A stretch of 64,000 bases of DNA. Origin: Octopus vulgaris (Eukaryota). The notes under the pieces were generated by a model, which was given only the letters and a program-made list of their open reading frames with translations, made no database searches and was not told where the DNA came from. The stretch spans positions 9,796,001 to 9,860,000 of the forward strand of contig OX597836.1 in assembly GCA_951406725.2 (NCBI GenBank), read 5' to 3'. The position numbers and the translations under genes were made by a program. Positions 13,409 to 25,854 of this stretch are shown piece after piece (within the stretch, counting starts at the first letter, position 1; the number at the start of each line of letters is the position of its first letter).

Positions 13409-14410
13409 TTTTTCATCACACACACACAAGGTTTTCATAAACTATCTCTACAATTTCTACATCTTATTCCATCTATCAAAGTTGATATCCATCAATCAAC
13501 TTGTGTGCAACCAATGGAGTCCACTTGAAAGTGTTCTGATGTTTCTAATAAAACTTTATTTATTTGTCTCTGTGTTTTCCAACAAACTCTGCAGAGATGT
13601 CCTTATTCTTCTTTTTCCCTTGAATTTCTCAAGCTGTAAAGGTAATTTAAGGACACCCTATATATATAACTAACATCAAAATGAAATGACACAGCAATGT
13701 TTTTTTGGTTGTTTTTTTTTTTTTTTTGGCATCTCTTGTATATTGTCACGTGTTCTACTCTATGTCATACAGGGTGTTGGCTACCTTAACGAGGTTAGTA
13801 GTCGCATCTCATCTTTCTCTTTCTATACCAGCACTGTGTTCCATTGTCCCCGTATCTCTCTTTAGCTGATTCACTCAACACCTTACACTGTCTTTGTGCG
13901 GACACATGGCTTAGTGGTTAGCGTACTGAACTCATGATCGAAAGACTGTAGTTTCATTTCCTGGACTGGGCGACACATTGTGTTCTTGAGCAAAACACTT
14001 CACGTCACTTCGCATTGCTCCAGTCCATTTTCCTGGCAAAAATGACTAATCCCAATGGACTGGCATCCCACCGAGATTACTCTTTTACTTGTTTCAGTCA
14101 TTTGACCGTGGCCATGCTGGAGCACTGCCTTTAGTCGAGCAAATTATGCCAGGAGACGAGGGGGTAAAAGTATGAGAAAAGGAGCCAGAGCAACTACATG
14201 ACTAGTCACATTTTAGAAGAGAGGGCAGGAGCGACCAGGTGGGGCAGGAAAGTGAGAAAAACAGAGGTGCTGGGGTGAGAGGGTGGACCCGATGATGATG
14301 ATGATAGCTCAACTTTTCTATTCTAAAGCCTGTTGAATGGATCATGTGTGTAATTCAAAGAGCAAGAGCATCACAAACATTGGCAAAACTATTCTGTAAT
14401 GAGGATTACA

Positions 14411-14639
14411 TTAACCCTTTCGTTACCAACCCGGCTGAAACTGGCACTGGTTCTTTAGTACAAATGTCTTGTTTTCATAAGTTTTGAATTAAAATCTTCC
14501 ACCAAACCTTAGTCACAATTTATGTTCCTAACACTAGCTGAATGATAACTAAGTTATTTTACTAAATTCTTTGTTATATTTAAAGTAATTGAAAGAAACA
14601 CGGAGCATCTCAACAGAAATACAGTAATGAAAGGGTTAA
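14411..14639 (+). mobile_element. piggyBac-type MITE
   Basis: TTAA TSD at both ends; TIR CCCTTTCGTTAC / GTAATGAAAGGG. Confidence 0.85.
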
Positions 14640-14720
14640 AGCAAACTACGGACTGTGAGGTCAGTTCATCCGGCCCACTGCCGCACTGCACCTTTTGTGT
14701 AAGTACCAGCAATGGGAGTT

Positions 14721-14926
14721 CATTTGCCTCTGGTATGGCATCAGTATTTGGAACAACTGATGTCTGTGAGCAAACATTTTCAGAAATGAAGAATGTGAAG
14801 TCAGCACATCGAACGAGGTCGTCTGATGAACATTTGGAAGCAATTCTCTTGGTTGGATGCAGCAATTCCAAAGCAAATATTGGTGATATCTTCAAAGCTA
14901 AACACCAGTTTCACAAATCTCAATAA
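14721..14926 (+). pseudogene. hAT transposase C-terminal dimerization-domain fragment (GTF2IRD2/SPIN-like)
   Basis: Translation ..SVFGTTDVCEQTFSEMKNVKSAHRTRSSDEHLEAIL..HQFHKSQ* fits the FGSTYxCEQxFSxMKxxKSxxRSRLTDxHL motif. Confidence 0.85.
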
Positions 14927-15029
14927 TCCATTTTGCTGCTTAGTTTGTGAGATTTGGATATGTGCGCACTGGGTGTGATATAACTATCTTATTGCTAACA
15001 TCGCCTTCTTTGGTAACATTTTGGTAAAT

Positions 15030-15444
15030 GGCGGCGAGCTGGCAGAAACGTTAGCACGCTGGGCGAAATGCCAAGTGGTATTTCGTCTGTCGTTACGTTC
15101 TTAGTTCAAATTCCGCCGAAGTTGACTTTGCCTTTCATCCTTTCGGGGTCAATTAAATAAGTACCAGTTACGCACTGGGGTTGATGTAATCGACTTAATC
15201 CCTTTGTCTGTCCTTGTTTGTCCCCTCTGTGTTTAGCTCCTTGTGGGTAGTAAAGAAATGGGTATTTCGTCTGCCGTTACGTTCTGAGTTCAAATTCCGC
15301 CGAGGTTGACTTTGGCTTTTATCCTTTCGGGGTCAATTAAATAAGTACCAGTTATGCACTGGGGTCAATGTAATCGACTTACTCCGTTTGTCTGTCCTTG
15401 TTTGTCCTCCCTGTGTTTAGCCCCTTGTGGGTAGTAAAGAAATG
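15030..15444 (+). mobile_element. SINE family A dimer inserted into the hAT element
   Basis: TSD GGTAAAT; junction AAAGAAATG|GGTATTTCG at 15261. Confidence 0.9.
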
Positions 15445-16294
15445 GGTAAATAAAACATGTTGGCTGTCTTTATTTTTTGTGTATTCACTGTATTGTAATG
15501 AACAAAATGGTTATGCGGCTTGCATTTGTCATTCTTTCCGTTATCTGGCCTACCGTGTAAGAAGTTTGGTGACCCCTGCATTAAAGGTACAAGTGTCTAT
15601 GGAATTCTCACTCACAAATACTATAATTCAATTAATAGACATTTCCATTCCAAAGGAACATTCATAATGGAGATTCCCCCTCTTACACCTGTCATTTCTC
15701 TTTAACACTCATGCCAAACGCAACTTGCAGATTTCCTGAATAGCTCTCCAAACACCTCCTGTGATTCCAGCTTCAGTCAAGCTCTACACGATTTGAATCC
15801 CTAATAACCCTTCCAACCCCGACACCAGGTTCTAAGAGAACGCCTCCATTTCCAGATTAACAATCAACGAGCATGTTTAAATTCTTAAACGAGAGGTAGA
15901 AACACACAAAGTAGGTGTCCACGTGCATTTAAAAGCACATGCAGAAATGTTAAGAACACAGGTGTAAAAACACTTGGAAGAAAGTCATTGTTAGGTATTC
16001 CGATACCGTTATAGTACATACAGCAGTTTATTCTCTAAGAACACTGTGGATAGCGATTTTCTTGTTTTATATATTTATTTATTCATCTATTTACATTTTC
16101 TTGTTTTATTAGCTCTGCTATTGATTTTCATTCCAACGTCAGATTTTTCTATCTGCTTGTTTACATCAAATAATTTCTATTCCTCTTCTTATTGCTGCCT
16201 TCTCCTCTTCATCACCATCACAGTCACTATTATTTTTTCAACCAATCCACTATTAGAGCTATATTTACTCCTGAAATACTATGACTACATACAT

Positions 16295-16349
<55 letters not shown>

Positions 16350-16470
16350 CAAAATAAGCAACAAGGATATCCAAAGACCCCATTTGATTTATATGGATAA
16401 TACCATACCAAATTCTGGTGCCTTTAACTTAAGTACCATATTCATCTAAATCTAAATTTTTGCTGTACAA

Positions 16471-16502
<32 letters not shown>

Positions 16503-16559
16503 GTGTGTGAGTGTGTGTAACTTAAAATCTCAAAGGCAAAAGCTAACACTAAATTTTGC

Positions 16560-16708
16560 ATATTTAACTTTATTCATAATTTTAAAAATTATATTTTGCA
16601 TTCATTTTCTATCATGCCAAACACATGGACAGAATTTTCTTTGGAATATATAAACAGACACAATATATATATATATATTGACCAATACTTCATAAGCGAA
16701 AGACCATG

Positions 16709-16749
<41 letters not shown>

Positions 16750-17930
16750 TTTGTTTTTATGTTACGATAAAAACAATTTTACATTAAATTGAAGGATTAC
16801 ATTTGGTAGAGTACAAATTTATTATTTTTTTAATAAGAATAATACTGACAGTGACTTCGAAGTTTCAGCCAGCTAAGTCATCATCATTTACACACACACA
16901 CACACACACACACATGTGCACATTTAAACACACATATATATACCTGTGTATATGCGCATGTCTATATAAATACATAAAAATATATGTTTATATTCATGTA
17001 CACACGGACACACACACACTCTCTCTCATCTTTCACACTATGAAAATTTCCGAATGCTCTTTACCACTGTTCCAAGCAATTTTCTTCATGCTTAAGCATA
17101 TACAATTATACATACATACAAATATATATATATATATTTATACATACATATATATTCCATAAAAATACATACCAGAACTACAAATTGAATTTTAAAATTA
17201 TTTTTCATCCATTTTTTTTTCTCGTTAACATAAATGAATAGATAGATGAAATGACAAACAACTGCAAAGAAGACCAAGGTGCACTTGAATAATAAAATAT
17301 CACTACATATTTACTTACTTCACAAATTAAATATAAATTCATATATATATATATGAATAATACACCCATAACATACATATATAAGAACAACAATAATGGC
17401 ATCAATGTAACCAAAACCAAAAAAAAATTTATAAAACCATGCAGCATAACAGTAAATATACAGCACAATGATAAAAATAAATTAAAAAAAGCACAGATCA
17501 GGAAAAAAAAAAAAAAGAAAAAGAAAAAGGAACCAAAAATAATCACAAAAACCAATATTTATCTGAATAGTTTTTGGAACTTACAAGAGGCTTAGAACAC
17601 CAGATCTGAAACAAAAGAAAAACCTGGCGATTTGAGCAAAGAAAGAGAAAAAAGAAAAATAAACAAAGAAAAAAAAACAAAAACAAAGCTAAAAAAAAAA
17701 AACTGAAAGAGTTTTTTTTTTTTTTTTTTTTTTTGGTAACTGCAGTCTAAGCAAGACAACTACTTTTGGGGGGGAAAGAGACAAAAAAAACTACCTTCGA
17801 TGACAAACAAAAAATTTGAGAACTAAAGGATAAAAAAAAAATCTCTGTGGAATAGGAATCAGAGAATAACTTGTTTCTGTTGGGGGGTATAAAATGAAAT
17901 AAAGAAAAAAGAAAAAGCAAAGAATAGAGT
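16560..17930 (-). other. Candidate 3' UTR (U-rich on the minus strand, SINE-free)
   Basis: Strong strand asymmetry (A-runs on +); AATAAA on minus at 16569-16574 and 16818-16823; lies downstream of the candidate exon at 18.5 kb. Confidence 0.4.
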
Positions 17931-17934
17931 TGTT

Positions 17935-18095
17935 ATATATATTTATATATATATTTATATATATACATGTTTATATATATATACACATACATACATATAT
18001 ACATATACACACACATATATATATGTTTATATATGCATATATACACACATATATAAACATATACATATATATGTACATATACATTTATATATGTA

Positions 18096-18137
<42 letters not shown>

Positions 18138-18321
18138 CACATATATAAACATATACATATATATGTACAAATACACATTTATATATGTATGTGCATATAT
18201 ATATATATATGCATATAAACATATACATATATATGTACAAATACACATTTATATATGTATGTGTATATATATATATATATGCATATAAACATATACATAT
18301 ATATGTACAAATACACATTTA

Positions 18322-18363
<42 letters not shown>

Positions 18364-18405
18364 TATATACATACATGTAAATATATATATTTATATAGAT
18401 AGATA
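17935..18405. repeat. (TA)n/(CATA)n field with a higher-order unit of about 70 bp
   Basis: Repeated ATGTACAAATACACATTTATATATG and GCATATAAACATATAC motifs. Confidence 0.9.
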
Positions 18406-18457
18406 TAACAACCACCACGAGAACAACAACATCAAACTCATGTCACAGAGAGTAAGT

Positions 18458-18674
18458 TCATGAACCAAACCAAGGCAGGCTACAGTCAGGAGGATTAAAA
18501 TAACAGGGTTTGAATGAGTAATACCTTGAAGGCTCGAGAGTAGCTTCTTCGAGGGTTTTGTAACCTTGCCAAGAGATACGGTATCTGCGGAGAAGGTCAT
18601 AAATGGAAGGGTTATCATAAAACAGTAGTGGTTAACCTCGCAAAGCAAAAAAGACGTGTAACGGACATTCGTTC
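18458..18674 (-). CDS. Candidate terminal coding exon of an unidentified minus-strand gene
   Basis: Codon-like unique island; acceptors at 18674 (poly-T..GACTAG|G) and 18584 (TTCTCCGCAG|A); phase-2 frame [41 protein letters not shown] stops at 18458, then low-complexity UTR-like DNA; frame is ambiguous. Confidence 0.45.
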
Positions 18675-19378
18675 CTAGTCGTTACCAAACAATTAAACGA
18701 AAAAAAAAAAAAATCGGAAAGAAAACAAAAAATCATTGTTAGTTTCTCGTCAGAGGGGATAAAAAAAGGTAAAATCCCGACATCAAGAGTAATTTTTTTT
18801 TCTTCTTTTAAACCAATGTTGGACATTTCCCTCCTTGGGAGAAAGAAAGAAACGGAAACAAATAACGAAATGAACAGAAGATAAAATAAGACGAACAAAA
18901 TAAATGGTCGAAATATTGATTCTGATGATTTTGTTTTATCTGCAGCAGGGAATGAAACTGGCCAATAAATTCCTGGCAAGAATATAGTTAAGTTGGTGTT
19001 CTGAAACTTTCAGTCAAAAATAAAAGAATTTCAGTCAAAAATAAAAGAAAAAAAATGAAGAAAAAAGCTGTATTTGTTAAATCGACATTTCACATTAAAT
19101 TAGGTTTATCTGTTGACTCTGAACTAATAACAACAAAACTGGACAGATTTCTTCTACTTCTTTCAGTTCTCTCATATTTTCATACTGACAGGCGCAGTCA
19201 TGGTTGTGTGGTTAAGAAGCTGTCTTTGCAACCATATGGTTCCATGTTCAATCCAACTGAACAGCACTTTGGGTAAATGTCTTCTACTATAGCCCCCCCC
19301 CCCCGGGATAGACCAAAGCCTTATGAGTGTGAATTTGGGACATGGAAATTGTTTGGAAGCCCTGTATGTATGTATAAG

Positions 19379-19708
19379 TGAAGGTGCATGGCTCTGTGAT
19401 TAGACCATCAAGTTCACAATCATGTGGTATTGAGTTCAATTCCTGGACCAGGCTGTGCTGTGTTCTTGGGCAAGACACTTTATTTCATGTTGCTCCAGTT
19501 CACTCATCTGTAGAAATGAGTTGCGATGTCACTGGTGCCAAGCCTGTATCGGCCCCTTTGCCTTTCCCCTGGATAACATCAGTGGCGTGGAGAGGAGAGG
19601 CTGGTATGCAGGGGTGAGTGCTGGTCTTCCATAAACAACCTTACCCGGACTTGTGCCTCGGAGGGTATCTTTCTAGGTGCAATCATATGGTCATTCATGA
19701 CCAAAAAG
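19379..19708 (+). mobile_element. SINE family C, full length
   Basis: Head GAAGGTGCATGGCTCTGTGATTAG; B box GAGTTCAATTCC; CORE-like body. Confidence 0.85.
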
Positions 19709-19753
19709 GTATTTATGTATGTATATATATGTGTGTGTGTGTGTGTGTATATA

Positions 19754-20143
19754 TCTTTATATATAAAGAGAAGTTGTCTGTGTATGGCAGGTTTGGTAGC
19801 CTTCAACTAACACTATCTCCTTCGAGACCCTGCGACGCAAATTGACCAAAATTGAGAATATGATAGAAGAAGGCTTGCTCTTCCTTCCGTAGAAGAAAAA
19901 GTTCAAATCGGACCATGTTAAGACCAAAAATTATTTACATAAAAAAGGTGCTTTTTTTCTATGAAAATCCCTATTTTTTACGATTTTTTTAACTGCTGTG
20001 TCACCATTTTACGGTGTATTTCAACCAGAAAAATGTTCACTTAAAGAGAATAACAAGCTACATGATGCAAAATTTTTACTTTTCAAAAATTCCAATTCTA
20101 AAGGGTCGAAACAAAGCCGAGCAACGCCAGGCGATACTGCTAG
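19754..20143 (+). mobile_element. Non-autonomous Helitron, family H1
   Basis: A|TC start, CTAG|T end, subterminal GC hairpin, no TSD. Confidence 0.85.
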
Positions 20144-20577
20144 TATATATATATATATATGTTAATTTGCAACCCTGCTGGTGTTTGTGCCAACCACATT
20201 ACAGAGTGTATTGGGTGCTTTTTCACCCAGTACACTCTGTAATGTGGTTGGTGTATGGAAAGGCATCCAGCCATAGAAACAATGCCAAAGCAAACAAATA
20301 GAGTTTGGTGCAACTCTCTGGCTTGCCAGTTCCTGTCAAACTGTCCAACCTGTGTCAACATGGAAGAGGGACATTAAATAATGCTGATGATCACACACAC
20401 AAAAGTAAACATACAGGTACAAAACAAGGTGGAAAAAAAAACAAGGTAGTGTAAAATATTCCATTGAAGCCAAAGAACATTGTCACTTGATAGTAACACA
20501 TGGACGTGGTGGGCAACCTACAAAAATGTCTAAGACCAATCATGTGACTATCCTCTACCAATCAAATCCTATTCAAA

Positions 20578-20613
<36 letters not shown>

Positions 20614-21630
20614 GTCTGTGTCTGTCTGCACCACCCCTCCCCAACATTGCTTGGTAACCGATGCTGGTGTGTTTACATCCCCGTAACTTAGCGGTTCGGC
20701 AAAAGAGACCAATAGAATAGGCTTACAAAGAATAAGTCCTGGGGTCGATTTGCTTGACTAAAAGGTGGTGCTCCAGCATGGCTGCAGTCAAATGACTGAA
20801 ACAAGTAAAAGAGTATATGAAATTTAGAGAAGTCTAGCATGCATGCACACACACATGTGTGTGTGTGTGTGTGAGTAAAGACGAAGCCATTATATCTGCG
20901 GGAGGCAATCATCTGCAGAGTTTGCCAAGACAGCAATGCCAAACACAAAGCCTGAACCCTTTTCACACCAAAGCCACCTGAGACCAATCCTGATTCCTCT
21001 GATACAAAGCTTCCTGTTTTAAAGCGATTTCCATATTGTAAAATTTCATTGATTTATGTTCCAAACTTCCACTTAATAATGACAAAGTTATTTTATGAAA
21101 TTCTTCGTTATTTTCAAAAATTAATTACAACAAAAGTCTTCCGATTCCTCATATACCGTATTCTTCTCTCAGTTCCTTTTCTGCTTTCTTTATTAAATTT
21201 TAAAAAACCTTCCATCAAAATTTCATGATTTATGTTCCAAGCACCAACTCCAGAATGATTAAGTTATTTAAAAGAAAAAAATAATTCTTTAATATTTTCA
21301 AAATTATTTGAAACCAAAACAATGCATTTCAACAAAAAAAAAAGGGGGGGTCGGTCAAAGAAGTCTAATTTAAAAGCTCCCATCAAAATTTCTCTTTGAT
21401 TTATGTTCAAAACTTCAGCTTAATAATGACAGTTATTTTCTCGCATTTATCTCTTGTTTTGGTCATTAGCCTGTCTGGCAAAATGCTTAGTGGCATTTCA
21501 TCCGTCTTTTATGTTCTGAGTTCAAATTCCACCATATTCCCTTCTTAAAGACGTGGATATGAAATAAATGAAATACCAGAAATTGCTTCCTGTTATTCTC
21601 TCTCTCTTTCTCATATATATATATATATAT

Positions 21631-21848
21631 CTGTAAATGTAATATGTAACAATTATTCGGTAGCCATGATAAAACGCCGCCATATCTTCAGTTATATGGC
21701 GGTGTGAATTTCCACCCCAGCATCCGAAACTCGGAGTTTTATCATGGCTACCGAATAATTGTCACATATTACATTTACAGAAAAATTCCTCTATTTACAT
21801 AATATCGAGGTCTCTTCCATTCTTTTGTTATCTTACTGCTTTTATCAA
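21631..21848 (+). mobile_element. Penelope-like fold-back remnant flanked by (TA)n
   Basis: 45-bp inverted arms (21631-21675 / 21736-21780, one mismatch); CCGAAACTCGGAGTT motif and an inverted CTGAAGA in the spacer. Confidence 0.65.
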
Positions 21849-21881
21849 TATATATATATATATAATAAAAATAAATGCGCT

Positions 21882-22112
21882 CTTTTAAAGCCTAGTCAGG
21901 CTCATGGGCCCGGTTTCTATGGCATATGTGTTCCCCAGCTTGACGGGACGCCGGTCCATCGCAGCGTTACTCATTTTGCCAGCTGAGTGGACTGGAGCAA
22001 TGTGAAAATGAAGTGTTTTGCTCAAGAACACAATGCAATGCCCGGTCCAGGAATCGAAACCACAATCCTACGATCATGGTGCTGACACCCTAACCACTAA
22101 GCCACGCGCCTT

Positions 22113-22115
<3 letters not shown>
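21882..22115 (-). mobile_element. Hybrid SINE (tRNA head, C-type CORE segment, E-type tail)
   Basis: Head GAAGGCGCGTGGCTTAGTGGTTAG; CTTGAGCAAAACAC; GGCGTCCCGTC tail. Confidence 0.75.
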
Positions 22116-22144
<29 letters not shown>

Positions 22145-22199
22145 AAGACTACAGGGTAATGCTGTTAACAGAAGATGAAAGAAGAGAATTGATGATGAT

Positions 22200-22557
22200 C
22201 TTGCCGATGCCAGTGCCGCCTCGACTGGCTTCTGTGCCGGTGGCACATAAAAAGCACCATCTGAACATAACCGATTCCACTACCGCCTTGACTGGCTTCC
22301 GTGCCGGTGGCACGTTAAAAGCACCAACCGATTGTGGCCACTGCCAGACTCCCCTGGCACCTGTGTCGGTGGCACGTAAAAAGCACCCACTACACTTGCG
22401 GAGTGGTTGGCGTTAGGAAGGGCATCCAGCTGTGGAAACACTGCCAGATCAGACTGGAGCCTGGTGCAGCCCCTGGCTTCCCAGACCCCGGTCGAACCAT
22501 CCAACCCGTGCCAGCACGGAAAACGGACGTTAAACGATGATGATGATGATGATGATG
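22200..22557 (+). mobile_element. SINE family D (V-domain-like GGTTGGCGTTAGGAAGGGCATCC, internal minisatellite, (GAT)n tail)
   Basis: GTGCCGGTGGCAC..AAAAGCACC units, then the V-like domain and (GAT)n; many copies in the window. Confidence 0.8.
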
Positions 22558-22661
22558 TGAAGGATTCAGTACAATGATATACTTAAGGAAATGGTTATGT
22601 AGCTAGTTACAGGTTTTACTATAACTTTGAAGCTATGCTTACTTACATACATACATATATA

Positions 22662-23045
22662 TCTCTCTATATATAAACGGCAGTTTGTCTGTGCGTGTTT
22701 CTGTGTGTCTGTTTGCTTGTACCCTCACCCTGACCACGGCTTTCAACCGATTCTGATGAAACTTGACACACACATAGCCCAATGTCATAATTCAAAACTA
22801 ACGCAGCCAAAATTTTGAAAAGTTTCCCCAGTTCTGAAAAAAATCGATAAATTCGACATGGGGTCGAGAATCAGAAACACGAACCACAAACTTTCTAGGG
22901 GATGCAACTCCATCCTTTTTTAACTCTCAAAAAAAAATTTACCATCATTTTTTCCCATTTTTTTGCTATTTTTTGGCTATAACTCTCTAAAAATGCTTTA
23001 TAGTTATTTCCCTTACAAACCTGAGCAACGCGGGCGATACTGCTA

Positions 23046-23046
<1 letters not shown>
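22662..23046 (+). mobile_element. Non-autonomous Helitron, family H2
   Basis: A|TC start; 3' end GAGCAACGCGGGCGATACTGCTAG|T shared with H1. Confidence 0.8.
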
Positions 23047-23086
<40 letters not shown>

Positions 23087-23351
23087 AAATGAAAACACAT
23101 GGAAGTAAAACAAACGTGACAATACATCCACCATCATCAACAAATGATGACATCTCACTGCATCCATCACTCCCGTAAGTTTCCCAAAGAATCTATTAGC
23201 ATACAATTAGGCAAAGACGGAAGAGAATAATAAATTGGAATACTGCAGAGAATTATAAATAAACCGTACGGTAGGATAACATGTAGCATTGGCTTTAGTT
23301 ATGTCCTCTGTCGGTCAATAAATCAATGTGGCTATAAGTAATCAGTATAAA

Positions 23352-23680
23352 GGTAAAGACCCCCTTCGGTCATGAGTGACCATGGGTTTGCACCTAGAGA
23401 GTTACCCTCCCAGGCACAAGTCTGGGCAAGGTTGTTTTATGGAAGACCAGTAGTCGCCCATGCATACCGGCCTCCCCTCTCCACGCCACCAGTGTTATCC
23501 AAGGGAAAGACAAAGGTCGATACAGCTTGGCACCTGTGACGTCGCAACTCATTTCTACAGCTGAGTGAACTGGAGCAACGTGAAATAAAGTGCCTTGCTC
23601 AAGAACACAACACGCAGCCCGGTCCGGGATTCGAGCTCACAACCTCACGATCGTAAGCTCAACGCTCTAACCACTGAGTG
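23352..23680 (-). mobile_element. SINE family C, young, slightly 5'-truncated
   Basis: 11-bp TSD ATCAGTATAAA at 23341-23351 and 23681-23691. Confidence 0.9.
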
Positions 23681-24376
23681 ATCAGTATAAACAGTGCATA
23701 TTGTTTGAGGCTTTTATTTCGACATCGAGAAAACAATGATGCACAATGGTGGGAAGAAACTCTGGGGGGAGCGGAACAGCAGAAGGGTCTGCTGAGAAGG
23801 AACACCGCTGCTCGGGCAAGTGTTTCAGCGTTTGACTTCTTGCACTCTAGCGGGGAGGGGGGTTGGGGTTGGGCCACATCCAGGTCATGACTCCTGGGTA
23901 CCCCTTCCGCATTTAAACCTTCAGGGGTTTTCAACAGGTTATAACTCCTCTCTGTTGACTCAGCTTTCATATTTGTGTACATACCTGTCTGTCTGTCTGT
24001 CTAGCTCTCTATCTATCCAATGAATGTGTGTGTGTATCTCTTTCTTTTTCTCTTTAGCTTGTTTCAGTCATTTGACTGCGGCCATGCTGGAGCACCGCCT
24101 TTAATCGAGCAACTCGACCCCGGGACTTCTGAACCCGGAACCATGTGGTTGATTAGCAAGCTACTTACCACACAGCCACTCCTGCGCCTATATATATGTA
24201 CGTATATATATATATATATATATCATCTTCATCGTTTAACGTCTGCTTTCCATGCTAGCATGGGTTGGACGATTTTGACTGAGGGCTGGCGAACCAGATG
24301 ATTGCACCAGTCTCCAATCTTGATTTGGCAGAGTTTCTACAGCTTGATGTCCTTCCTAACACCAACCACTCTGAGA

Positions 24377-24438
<62 letters not shown>

Positions 24439-24613
24439 CTATCTATCTATACATATATGTATTTATATATCTATCTATACATACATATGTATTTATATAT
24501 CTATCTATCTATCTATATACATATATACACACACACACATATATATATATGTATTTATATATATATATATATATACATGTATGTATATATCTATATATAT
24601 ACATGTACGTTTT

Positions 24614-24646
<33 letters not shown>

Positions 24647-24819
24647 ATGTATTTGTATTTATATAATAATATAAAATTTAGACAAATACGTATAATTAGG
24701 TTAGTGTGTTTAAATGTCGAGTAGAGCACTGGCACAGTTTAGGCTACCTGTTGTTATCCGTAGTTGTGGTAGACTTCCGTTGGATTTCATTCAGGAACTT
24801 CACAATGGCAGTTAGGACA

Positions 24820-25004
24820 ATAGTATTAATTAATAGTAGGAGACGGATTTCGTATTAGACTTTTATTAGGTACAACATATGTTTTGACCCATCAGCCTGG
24901 GTCTCTTCAGGTACATTGATTAAAGAAATCTCACTGAGGGGTCGATACATTATGACGTACCTAATAAAAATCTAATATGAAATCCATCTCCTACTATCAA
25001 TTAA

Positions 25005-25010
<6 letters not shown>
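24820..25010 (-). mobile_element. Penelope-like fold-back remnant containing a minimal type I hammerhead
   Basis: About 50-bp inverted arms; ends at (TA)n. Confidence 0.7.
24870..24914 (-). ncRNA. Minimal type I hammerhead ribozyme motif with a G12-to-A mutation
   Basis: gtac-CTGAAGA-gaccca ggctga tgggtc-AAAAC-atat-GTT-gtac: stem I 4 bp, stem II 6 bp, palindromic stem III. Confidence 0.65.
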
Positions 25011-25045
<35 letters not shown>

Positions 25046-25490
25046 TATCAGAAGGAGACAATTATTTGTCCCAGCAGTGGCCAGCAAAAAGGCCAGACGC
25101 ATTTTGACCTTCAATGGTGCACACTCACAGTTAATCACATGCATGGATGAGAATTCATCACCACTGACATAGGGGAGAAAATTGAATAAAGCATTCACTG
25201 ATGTTGCAAATAGTTGCTCAGCTGAATAAAAATCCAGTATGTGCAATCGAGACAGTATTTAATTAAAATAGCCGCAATTTACATTGGTAATTGTCCCGAG
25301 ATAACATCACTCATTGAGGTTATTTTAATTTTTTTGCACAAGCACTAAAAATATTACTTGGGCCTATGTATAAAGAAATTTCAGTTCAAGTCCAGTTTCC
25401 CAATCATGACTATCTTGTTTAACTCCTAGTCATAAACCTGGACACAAAACTCTAAAGCCTAACTTTAAACCCTAACCCCTTATGTATAAA

Positions 25491-25854
25491 CTAGCACTAT
25501 GACCCGGCGTTGCCGGGTCATAGTACTAGTGTATGCATATACAGCTGTGTGCGTGTGCACATACACGCGAGTACTGTCCAAATCTCCGACCAATCACATA
25601 CAGCTAGCTGGCATTCAATTGGCGTATCAAGTTTTGGGCATTTTGATTGGGTTTTGGATAGAAAATTCACAAAAGTCACCTCTATTGATTTTTTAATGGC
25701 TTTGCGGGGTGACTGGGGAAATGTAAAGATGTGCACGGCCACCCTTGGACGGTTTTGAATGACCATAGAAAGTGCGAGCCCTCTAACTGAAAAATTGTGG
25801 ATTTGTATAAAGGACACACACACAGACAGACATTTTGCCGTTTATATATATAGA
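25491..25854 (-). mobile_element. Non-autonomous Helitron, family H3
   Basis: Minus strand TCTATATATATAAACGGC start (as in H2); hairpin CCCGGCAACGCCGGG; CTAG|T end. Confidence 0.85.

Larger units (their letters stand above)
14641..15578 (+). mobile_element. Internally deleted hAT (Charlie/SPIN-like) DNA transposon, interrupted by a SINE
   Basis: 3' TIR AAGTTTGGTGACCCCTG; partial 5' end GCAAACTACGG; internal transposase C-terminal fragment. Confidence 0.75.

Noticed and set aside
18458-18520. Allatostatin-C-like CYFNP..C motif
   Set aside because: No dibasic cleavage site, no terminal CF and no identifiable precursor; probably coincidence
25007-25246. Possible tyrosine-recombinase fragment (PLKVKMRLAFLLATAG)
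   Set aside because: Resemblance too short and no catalytic R..EL motif; needs BLASTx
25445-25480. Telomere-like CCCTAA repeats
   Set aside because: Only one or two degenerate units, probably part of a decayed repeat
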